A program made the translations under genes and the position numbers. From a virus: a stretch of DNA of 64,000 nt. The notes under the pieces are model-generated. The model was not told where the DNA came from. It ran no database searches and saw only the letters and a list, made by a program, of their open reading frames with translations. This document shows positions 10,206-18,944 of this stretch, one piece after another. Positions within the stretch are counted from its first letter, which is position 1. Each line of letters begins with the position of its first letter. The stretch lies in IMG/VR virus record IMGVR_UViG_3300031521_000015; one strand, 5' to 3'.

Positions 10206-10949
10206 TTGGATAACTTTAATGATAATGACAAACATATTGTAGATACTGACTTTATAGAAGTTGACATAGAAGAGAAATTAGAAAATATGAATATAAATAA
10301 AGAACCGTTATATTACACAAGGGTTCAAACAGCTAAAATATTAGGAGAGAATGAAAGTACTATTTCATATTGGAGCAAGCAATTTCAACCATTATTAAAT
10401 TTAAAAATTATTAATATGACTAGGAAATATACAAAAATAGACATAGAAAACTTAATGTTTATTCAAAAATTACTTAGACAGGATCATTTAACTATCCAAC
10501 AAGCACTGGAGTACTGCTCAGAAAAAGGTTTTAATTCAGAATCAGGCTTAGTTGATAGTTCAAATCCATTAGCTGTTCAAACATTTATATCAGCTATGAC
10601 GGTAGAGTTTGATAAAAAGGTATCAGAAATGCAGAATACTATTATTCAGCAACAACGAGAAATGATAGAAAATTTACAGAGTATAATCCTTCAAAATAAT
10701 GAAGAACTCAAGCAAGAAATTTGTTTAACAGTAGATGAGGTGGTCACAGAAAAAATTAATGATTTTGAAAAGAATCTTATAGAAGATCAGTCACAACAAA
10801 TCCAAAATAACTTTAATAACATGAGTAATAAAATCATTAATGAAAATACTAAAATGATGAATGAGTTCAAATGTATCAAATTAGAAGAAATTCAAAAACA
10901 AGAAGAACCAAAAGGATTCTTTAGCAAAATATTCAATTTTAAGAACTAA
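10206..10949 (+). CDS. tubY: TubY-like MerR-HTH/coiled-coil partition regulator
   Basis: MerR HTH (TISYW..RKYTKIDIE), coiled coil, amphipathic tail KGFFSKIF; divergent from tubRZ. Confidence 0.75.
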   Translation: MDNFNDNDKHIVDTDFIEVDIEEKLENMNINKEPLYYTRVQTAKILGENESTISYWSKQFQPLLNLKIINMTRKYTKIDIENLMFIQKLLRQDHLTIQQALEYCSEKGFNSESGLVDSSNPLAVQTFISAMTVEFDKKVSEMQNTIIQQQREMIENLQSIILQNNEELKQEICLTVDEVVTEKINDFEKNLIEDQSQQIQNNFNNMSNKIINENTKMMNEFKCIKLEEIQKQEEPKGFFSKIFNFKN

Positions 10950-11115
10950 TAACTCAACATAAACATTAAATATAATATTAATGTCGAATATGGTATTAAT
11001 TTCTAACCATCAGACAGGTCGTAAGAATGGAGATAGGATTAAAAGAGTATTAGTTGTTGTCTTAAAATTTTAAGTCTCAGATTTGACGAGAAGGGCAATA
11101 TAAGCGATATCTAAT

Positions 11116-11469
11116 AAACAGGACTAATGTAGGACGAAAAATTCAATATTAACTCTTTACATTGCAATATTGTGATTAAAACTATTAATAATTATAGTTT
11201 CGTACTATATCCGTCCTTTTTATCTACCCCAAAAAGCCTTTTTACGTACACCTAGAGTAGCTTTCATGTACTATATCCGTCCTTTTTATAAATATAGAAC
11301 CGTTGATATCACTTAATTAGAAGTGTATGGTAATATAGAATAATTAAAGTTGTTGTAAAGCAACAACAAATATATTTATTAATAGTGGCTTAAAAAGGAT
11401 TGATTTAGTAGATAAAAAGGACTAATATAGGACGTGACAACAATAAAAGGGACTGATGTAGGACGAAAA
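11116..11469. repeat. Iteron cluster / replication origin
   Basis: Six ~23-bp copies of AAAAGGACKRATRTAGKACGAAA at ~11116, 11392, 11414, 11445 (+) and 11198, 11265 (-), upstream of rep. Confidence 0.8.
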
Positions 11470-11489
11470 TATATTGAGGTGGGCTATTT

Positions 11490-12659
11490 ATGGCATATGA
11501 ACAAATATCAATGTTAATGGATAATACAAAACAATTAAATAACGTAAACTATACTTATAAATCATCGGCACTTATAGAAAGCTCTTATGAATTAACAATT
11601 ACAGAACAAAGAATAATCGCATTAGGATGTAAAAAATTACAGCCAATATATATAGAAAACAGACTAACACCGAATGATTTACAAAAAGTTTTAGGAGCAA
11701 TGAAATTCAGTTTGATTGAAATATCTGTGTCGGAATACAGAGAAGAATATGGAATTGTTGGTAATAAAGTATATGATTCAATACAAAATGCTACTGATGA
11801 TTTATATGAAAAAGAAATAGTATATTTTGATGATAATGGTAAACTTTGCAAAAGACGATGGATGTCATCGGTTAATTTTGATAGAAAAAATGGCAACGTA
11901 CAAATAACCTTTAATATAGATCTTATTTTAGATTTATTAGTTTTTAACGGTAAATTTGTTGCTTTGTTTTTTGATATGTCGCAAGATATAAAAAGTAAAT
12001 ATTCATTTCGTATGTATGAAATATTGAAAAATAGTGCTTATTTAGGAAAAATGAAAATTTCAGTCGAAGAATTTAAATTTAAGCTAAAGATAACGGATAA
12101 GTATACTGATTTTGCAGATTTAAATAAAAAGATAATAAAGCCCAATTTAGAAGTAATAAATTTATATAGTGATATATCTCTAGAATATAAAACAATTAGG
12201 TCTGGAAGGAATGTAAAGTGGTTATGTTTTAATATAACTAAAAAAAGAAATACTACTTTTTCAGTAGATAGCAAGTTTAAAGAAAAGATACCTTCGGCAT
12301 TTAATGAAATTTCTACTGCATTAGAAAAATATAATTGTGAATTAACTTCTACTGACGCACAAACATTATTCGATACAGCTATTGAAGTGACTAAAGAGAA
12401 ATATCCAGATACAAATCCTGTTAATTACATTTTAGAAAAAATCAACTATATGGATAGCTATATTACAAAAAAACCTATAGATAATATCATTGGATTCTTA
12501 AAAAACGCAATGGAAGAAGATTATGGATTAAAATCAATTGAAGTTCAACAAAAACAAACTAAATTCAATAATTTTGAAGGAAGAGAATATAATTTTGATA
12601 AACTTGAAGCTGGGTTATTAGGATATGAAGAAGTTGCAATAGAAGATGTAACTAAATAA
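11490..12659 (+). CDS. Rep_3/RepB plasmid replication initiator
   Basis: KSSALIESSYELTITEQRII, KSKYSFRMYEIL, SVEEFK motifs. Confidence 0.9.
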   Translation: MAYEQISMLMDNTKQLNNVNYTYKSSALIESSYELTITEQRIIALGCKKLQPIYIENRLTPNDLQKVLGAMKFSLIEISVSEYREEYGIVGNKVYDSIQNATDDLYEKEIVYFDDNGKLCKRRWMSSVNFDRKNGNVQITFNIDLILDLLVFNGKFVALFFDMSQDIKSKYSFRMYEILKNSAYLGKMKISVEEFKFKLKITDKYTDFADLNKKIIKPNLEVINLYSDISLEYKTIRSGRNVKWLCFNITKKRNTTFSVDSKFKEKIPSAFNEISTALEKYNCELTSTDAQTLFDTAIEVTKEKYPDTNPVNYILEKINYMDSYITKKPIDNIIGFLKNAMEEDYGLKSIEVQQKQTKFNNFEGREYNFDKLEAGLLGYEEVAIEDVTK

Positions 12660-12947
12660 CCCTTACATTAAATTCATTTACTTAAACGCCAAAATACGCC
12701 TCAAATTTAAGACTTGTCCTATCAAAGGTAATAGTTGTTGTCTAAAATTAGAACGTCTTAGAGAGTCGAATAAGGGTAAATAAATCCTATATATAGATAT
12801 ATGAGAATGTAGTAGAAATTATTACATTCTTTTTTTATGTTTTGAATTAAATTGATAATTATATTATTTTAAAACAAATTAATGTATAAATGATTGACAA
12901 ATAACTTCAACAGGTTTAATATGGTAATTGAGGAAGGAGGGGAAAAT

Positions 12948-13925
12948 ATGGACGAAAATCTATTCGCAAAGATACCAACAATTTTATTCTATGAAATAAT
13001 TGAAGATGAAATAACAGAAAGAAACAAATGCGTAAAAGAGAATAGTATCTTAACTAATATAAGAGATAGTAAGGTTCTACTAATACTATATCAATTATAT
13101 ATAAGAACAAATTATACTAATGAATGTGATACATCTGTCAGCAAGCTAATAAATAAATGCAACTATTTCAGTAATACTAAAACCAAAGATGAATTTAAAT
13201 CTATATTAAATAATCTGTGCAATTTAAAATATATTAATACAAGTGATGATATAAATAAATTAAAGCATAATGATTTAATAACATTTGGCACAAGTAAGTT
13301 AATTGATATGGATAGCTTTGTAATACTAGAACAAAAAGAATTAAATACAATAACTTCAAGTAGTACAAGTAATAAAGAAATATTAAATCTTTTAAAAGTA
13401 TATTTATATCTCAAGTGCAAATGTAATAAAAGAAAAGATGGAGATAATATTCAAAAGGCTGGTGGAAGGGCACAAGTTGCTTATCCTAGCTATAATAACA
13501 TAACTGAATATACATATACTAGTGAAAGCCATATAGTTGAATACATAACCAAACTTAAAGAGTTAGGGATGATAGAATATAGAAATCTAGGTAAAAAGTA
13601 TCTTGAGAATGATCCTAATAAGAAAATAACTGATTGCACTAATTTATATGTTATAACAAATTTAGTGCAGGGAGAATATGTTGATTTAGAATTTAAAGAA
13701 GGATTAAAACAACAAAGAAATTTTTATGAGAAAGATGGATATATAATAATTAATGATAATAGCATAAATGATAAATCTATATATGGACGCAAAGGTTATT
13801 TAACTAAGAAACTAAATAATAATACTATAACAGAAAAAGAAATAAAAGAACTTGAATTGATAGATACTGATATAGAAGAATATAAAACAAAATACAAACC
13901 TAAAAAAGAAAAGAAGAGAGAATAG
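12948..13925 (+). CDS. Hypothetical wHTH/replication-type DNA-binding protein
   Basis: GGAGG RBS at 12948; AYPSYNNI..YITKLKELGMIEY wHTH-like segment. Confidence 0.6.
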   Translation: MDENLFAKIPTILFYEIIEDEITERNKCVKENSILTNIRDSKVLLILYQLYIRTNYTNECDTSVSKLINKCNYFSNTKTKDEFKSILNNLCNLKYINTSDDINKLKHNDLITFGTSKLIDMDSFVILEQKELNTITSSSTSNKEILNLLKVYLYLKCKCNKRKDGDNIQKAGGRAQVAYPSYNNITEYTYTSESHIVEYITKLKELGMIEYRNLGKKYLENDPNKKITDCTNLYVITNLVQGEYVDLEFKEGLKQQRNFYEKDGYIIINDNSINDKSIYGRKGYLTKKLNNNTITEKEIKELELIDTDIEEYKTKYKPKKEKKRE

Positions 13926-14005
13926 TCTGGGCGACTTCCAAGGCGAACAGGAGAGTCTTACTAATTCTTATTATATATTTATTAGTTCTTATTACACCTC
14001 CATTG

Positions 14006-14070
14006 TAGTCTTGTCATAAGACTGTTACATTAAGGGTAAGCTTGAACTAATAGTCTTGTAATGAGACTAG
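14006..14070. repeat. Pair of palindromic sites
   Basis: AGTCTT-GTCAT-AAGACT and AGTCTT-GTAAT-GAGACT. Confidence 0.6.
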
Positions 14071-14132
14071 AATTGAATTCGGCTTGAGAAGTGTGATTAA
14101 ATGGTGAATAAAACAAATTAATATATAAAGTG

Positions 14133-14161
14133 TTGACAAATTAATAGAATTATGGTAAGAT
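14133..14161 (+). promoter_or_regulatory. SigA promoter
   Basis: TTGACA-N17-TAAGAT with extended TG. Confidence 0.7.
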
Positions 14162-14241
14162 AATACTTGTAAGGAGGAAATAAGAAATTTAGTAATTCAA
14201 CACATTTAAATAAATTAATGTATAAAAAGGTGGTGAAAGAT

Positions 14242-14406
14242 ATGAGTAATGTAATAGAGTTTAAATCAAGAAGTAATGATATTATAGAAACGCACTTAAT
14301 CAGGTTTTATCAATTAAAGGTTAAAAATTTCAGTGGAACTCTTGAAGATAATGAGATAATAGAGTTTGATAAAGAGTGTGAATGGTTAAAAATACATATA
14401 GGTTAG
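14242..14406 (+). CDS. Hypothetical protein
   Basis: AAGGTGG RBS before MSNVIEFK. Confidence 0.6.
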   Translation: MSNVIEFKSRSNDIIETHLIRFYQLKVKNFSGTLEDNEIIEFDKECEWLKIHIG

Positions 14407-14446
14407 TAGTAAATAATAAAATAATACAAACAAAGGAGATTAAAAA

Positions 14447-15055
14447 GTGAAAATAGTTATTGATATAGATAGTTCAACCATAGATACTTGCAGGAGTATA
14501 ATAAACTTACATAACAAACTGTATGATAATAAAATTGAATATCAGGAAGATTATTCGTGGAATTTCTACCCCATGATAAAAACTATAGAAGAATTAAAGG
14601 AATTATTCAAGTTATTTGACCACAAAGATTTTTATAAAAGTGATACATTGGTTGTTTTTGACAAAGCTATTCAAGTTATAAATGGATTATCTATGCAGAA
14701 TAAAGTGATTTTTTGTAGTAAACACGATATAGCTAGAAGACCTATAACGAGTAAATGGATATATGAGATATTCCCAACTGCCAATTTAGAATTCACAGAC
14801 ACGTTTAATAAAAGTATAGTTGGAAAAGTTGATATAGTTATCGATGATAAACCTGAAGCACTTTTGAGTGTAGATGCTGATTATAAAATACTGTTTGGAA
14901 CATATGACTGGAATAAAGACTACAATGGACTAAGAGCAAATAATTGGAAGGAAGTAGATAATATGATTAAAATAATAGAAAATACAACTAGAAATAACAA
15001 ATTAAATGACAAAGTAATAAATAATAAAAGGATGGTAGGAGACAATGAAAGATAA
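14447..15055 (+). CDS. HAD-family 5'(3')-deoxyribonucleotidase-like protein
   Basis: IVIDID motif I, K..IVIDDKP motif IV, WN..R.NNW tail. Confidence 0.8.
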   Translation: MKIVIDIDSSTIDTCRSIINLHNKLYDNKIEYQEDYSWNFYPMIKTIEELKELFKLFDHKDFYKSDTLVVFDKAIQVINGLSMQNKVIFCSKHDIARRPITSKWIYEIFPTANLEFTDTFNKSIVGKVDIVIDDKPEALLSVDADYKILFGTYDWNKDYNGLRANNWKEVDNMIKIIENTTRNNKLNDKVINNKRMVGDNER

Positions 15056-15263
15056 TTACGGTTGTACAAATGAGAAGTTTGCGAATGAATTTAGACAATA
15101 CATAGATGGTTTTAACGATACATATGATAAGGACGAGCACTATAGCAATAATGATAGAATTACTGAAGCGTTTCTAATTGGGGCTGATATAAGTGATTAT
15201 AATTTGAGTAGATGGGACAAAGGTAAGTTAGCAAGATATAGAAATGATATGGATAAAAGATAA
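15045..15263 (+). CDS. Hypothetical protein
   Basis: AGGAG RBS, overlaps upstream gene. Confidence 0.6.
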   Translation: MKDNYGCTNEKFANEFRQYIDGFNDTYDKDEHYSNNDRITEAFLIGADISDYNLSRWDKGKLARYRNDMDKR

Positions 15264-15302
15264 TACATATTACATAAATTAATACATAAAGGAGAGAATA
15301 AA

Positions 15303-15776
15303 ATGAATAAATACATAGGTACATATAGAATATCATGTGAGTTTGATAGAAGAAATTTAGAACCAATAAAAGAAGATACATTTATAATTTGTGCTAGTAA
15401 TGGACAAATATACAGAGTAAGTGATAATTTACTCGCTTATTATAAGCCAAAGCGAGGTAATTCAGAACAGTTTGCAACTAAACTAATAGATAAGGGAGTT
15501 AAAAGTGTTAATAATTGTTCTAGCGATGGAGATATGTTGATTTATTTTAGTGAAGATAGTTTAGACATAGTTGCTGAAGAAGTAGGTGCTAGTACAAATG
15601 GTGCAGATATAAAACCAAGCAGTATAAAAAACCTTAGAAAATTAGATTGGTTCAAAAAGAATAAACAATATTATATAGATAAAGGATATTATAAAGAAAA
15701 AGAAGAATTGACCGAAGAAGAGAAAGAAGTTTATAGACAACGATTTGTAAATAATATTAATAAGAGTGTGGAGTAG
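15303..15776 (+). CDS. Hypothetical phage protein
   Basis: 157 aa, AAGGAG RBS. Confidence 0.7.
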   Translation: MNKYIGTYRISCEFDRRNLEPIKEDTFIICASNGQIYRVSDNLLAYYKPKRGNSEQFATKLIDKGVKSVNNCSSDGDMLIYFSEDSLDIVAEEVGASTNGADIKPSSIKNLRKLDWFKKNKQYYIDKGYYKEKEELTEEEKEVYRQRFVNNINKSVE

Positions 15777-16169
15777 TTAAAATTGTTCGATAGAAAGTCG
15801 ATTACAGGCTTAAGATGAGGTTTTAGAGTAAATAAGGTACAAGTTGTCTAGTTAAGAATCTAAATCGAAATAAGGCATTATTTTTGAGTTTCTTGTAATA
15901 AACTTTAGATGCCGATGAAGAGTTAAAAATATGGGTTGGTTTTAATTTTAAAATGTAAGGTGATAAGTTCTTCGTTAAATTGTGTAGAACGTCTTAGAAA
16001 GTGGGAAGTCGAGTTTTTGTCGAAGAATGTGGATAAGGTATGATAATAGTAAAAGCATTAAGCATTATTATAAAACAAATTAATGTATAAAATAAAACCC
16101 GATATAATGCGTGTTTTATTGGGATTTTGAAATGAGATGGATAATAAAAAAATAAAGGAGAGTAAAATA

Positions 16170-18740
16170 ATGGATAATATAAATATTTGGTTTGCCAGAA
16201 ATAAAGATGGTGATATAGTTACAATAGACAAAGTTAATGAGGATAATAGATATGAAGAATATAAGTGTCCAATATGTGAAAGTAAACTTATTTCAAAATT
16301 AGGTGATATTAATAAACATCATTTTGCACATAAAGATGCTAGTAAATGTGATAGTGAGGCTCAAGTCCATTTCTTTGTTAAGAACGAATTAATAAAACAA
16401 GGATATGTTTTTAAAGTTAAATTAGATGATGAAATTAAAGAATTTGTCTGTAAAGAAGTTTTAATAGAACAATCTTATGAAACTGAATTTGGTACGTATA
16501 GACCTGATATAACTATAATAACTAAAAATGATGAAACTATTTACTTTGAAATAGCCAACACTAATAAAAAGAAAATAGAAGAGTATTTGGATATTTGGGT
16601 GAAACTCAATAATATAGTTGTTGAAGTTGAAACGAAAGAATTGATAGATGGAAATATAACTAATGAATTTAAAGCTTTATTCTATGAGGGGAAATGCTTT
16701 AATATCAGCAAAGACGAAAATGAATATTACGAACTAATAGGAAAAGTTAAATTAAACAAATATAAATATCCAATAGAGCAAGTTAATAAACTAAGCTGGT
16801 TATGGAAAGATATTAATAGATATTTATTAGGAGAATTAGAAATATCTGAGTTAAGTGATTTGATACAAGCTATAGAAGATGAAGAATTAAGAGAAATAGT
16901 AGTTTCCATATTGAGAAAAAATAAATGTACAGGAATTATGGAAGATTATATTAATTATAATGTGAATAATTTAAAAAATATTGAAATAAGTGAAAATTGC
17001 AATATTTCAGTAGATATTCCAACAAAATATTGTGATAAAATTTATGGATATTATGATTTGAAATATCTACTAATCGACTATGATAAAACGTTCTACGATA
17101 GGGTTAAATTTTATTCTATAAATGAAATAAGTAAGAAAACATTAAAGAATATCGAAAGATATAAGAAATTTATAGCAGTAAGTAATATAATAAAGGAAAA
17201 ATATATAGAAGACGAAATAAAAATAAGTTTCCATGAAGATTCAAATATATATCTATTTTATTATACAACATTTATATCTAATATAAAAATGGATGATGAA
17301 ATAGATGATATTGTGACTAATATTAAGAATGAAATAAACAAAGTAGATAAAAAAAAGATTAAAGCACAATTTGAATTCAATACATTATTAAATATGTGTA
17401 AGAATGGTGAGATAAGTTTGGAAGCCCTTGCAGATAATATAAAAAATAACAAATATAAAGAATATGTTGAAACAACATTAAAAATTAATAAAAATATTTT
17501 AAATGATTATCTAGATTTTAATATAAAAAAACACACAGAAATTTTAAATAATATAAATAGTTCAATATCATTTAAAACAGAATTACCAAGATTAATTCAT
17601 GATAGAATTTATGAATATTTTATTTTATCAGTGTATTGGGATGATTCTATTATTTTAAGTAATAAAATTATAAATTATGATACAAAAAATATATTATATG
17701 TATTAAACTATTTAAATGTATTTAATTACATTAAAGAAAAATATAATGAATATACTATTAAATATACTTCTTGTCGTGATAATTTTGAATTATATAAAGA
17801 TTCCATAAAGATATTTGATTATAGTTTAAAGGAAGATATTAAAAATATATATAATAAAATAGATAAACAGATATATTCTAGGGATAATTACATTAAAGAT
17901 ATGCAAGTTTTATGTAATTATATAAATAATAACTACAAATGCATATGTGATGCAAATCTAAATGATTATAATACATTATTGTCATTTACTTATTATTTTA
18001 CAAATGACGTATGTAGGAAATATAGTTTAGGAATAGGAAGATGTGTAGATTATAATTCAAATACAGAATATTATATAGATCATATAAACAGAATGATTAG
18101 AAATGACTATGATGAAATTGTATGTGAAGAAATAAATAAAATAGATTCTAATGTAAAAACCATACAATTAAATAATAGAGTATATTTAACATATGATACT
18201 GGATCGGTTATTACAGAAGATTATTTTGTATTTAATGAATATATTGAGGAAAATACCTTAAATACAATAATAAATTTTTATTATGAAAATATAAAAATTT
18301 CAGAAAAATATAATAATATATTTAAAGATTATTATATAACATGTAAAAATATTAAAAATAATTATTCTATTATATTACTAAATAATGGAATAGAAATTTA
18401 TTACAAAGAAGATTCAGTTTTTAAATCAGCTTATTTTAATATAGATTCTATAGATAATATCATTAATAATAAAGAATTTAAATTAGCATTAATTGAAAAT
18501 GTTGAAGATTTTGAAAATTATAATAAAATAAAAGAATTAGTAGATAATTTAAATCATAAATATATTAAAGTTAATAAACAGTGGAGATTTAAATTCAATG
18601 TAAGACGTAATACTATAGATATATATGAATCTATATCTAACTTTTTTAACTCTATACAAATTAATGAAATTAAATTTCAAGATATAGAAAAGAAAATAAG
18701 TGATAAGATAAGAAATTATGTTTATAAGATGGAGGAGTAA
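16170..18740 (+). CDS. CoiA-like nuclease with long C-terminal extension
   Basis: CPIC..HHFAH..C zinc motif, YRPDI and YFEI PD-(D/E)xK core; RBS favours second Met. Confidence 0.7.
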   Translation: MDNINIWFARNKDGDIVTIDKVNEDNRYEEYKCPICESKLISKLGDINKHHFAHKDASKCDSEAQVHFFVKNELIKQGYVFKVKLDDEIKEFVCKEVLIEQSYETEFGTYRPDITIITKNDETIYFEIANTNKKKIEEYLDIWVKLNNIVVEVETKELIDGNITNEFKALFYEGKCFNISKDENEYYELIGKVKLNKYKYPIEQVNKLSWLWKDINRYLLGELEISELSDLIQAIEDEELREIVVSILRKNKCTGIMEDYINYNVNNLKNIEISENCNISVDIPTKYCDKIYGYYDLKYLLIDYDKTFYDRVKFYSINEISKKTLKNIERYKKFIAVSNIIKEKYIEDEIKISFHEDSNIYLFYYTTFISNIKMDDEIDDIVTNIKNEINKVDKKKIKAQFEFNTLLNMCKNGEISLEALADNIKNNKYKEYVETTLKINKNILNDYLDFNIKKHTEILNNINSSISFKTELPRLIHDRIYEYFILSVYWDDSIILSNKIINYDTKNILYVLNYLNVFNYIKEKYNEYTIKYTSCRDNFELYKDSIKIFDYSLKEDIKNIYNKIDKQIYSRDNYIKDMQVLCNYINNNYKCICDANLNDYNTLLSFTYYFTNDVCRKYSLGIGRCVDYNSNTEYYIDHINRMIRNDYDEIVCEEINKIDSNVKTIQLNNRVYLTYDTGSVITEDYFVFNEYIEENTLNTIINFYYENIKISEKYNNIFKDYYITCKNIKNNYSIILLNNGIEIYYKEDSVFKSAYFNIDSIDNIINNKEFKLALIENVEDFENYNKIKELVDNLNHKYIKVNKQWRFKFNVRRNTIDIYESISNFFNSIQINEIKFQDIEKKISDKIRNYVYKMEE

Positions 18741-18741
18741 T

Positions 18742-18903
18742 ATGGATATTCAAAAAATATTTAGTAAAAGAGTGGCAATCCAATTACTCAATATGGGAAA
18801 TATAATACTATACACAGAGCAGAATAAAAAGTTCCCAAAACTTAAAGTATTCTGTTTTGTGAATACTAATAAATTAAACAATGATTGGAATTTGCTAAAA
18901 TAA
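18742..18903 (+). CDS. Small DUF5659-like protein
   Basis: IFSKRVAIQLLNMGN..VFCF; similar to 27178. Confidence 0.55.
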   Translation: MDIQKIFSKRVAIQLLNMGNIILYTEQNKKFPKLKVFCFVNTNKLNNDWNLLK

Positions 18904-18944
18904 ATATACAAAATTCAAATTATAATTCAAAGGAGACAAAATAT

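Noticed and set aside
11116-11469. CRISPR array
   Set aside because: Repeats are in mixed orientation, irregularly spaced and next to rep, so they are iterons; no cas genes, tRNA or rRNA recognised in the window
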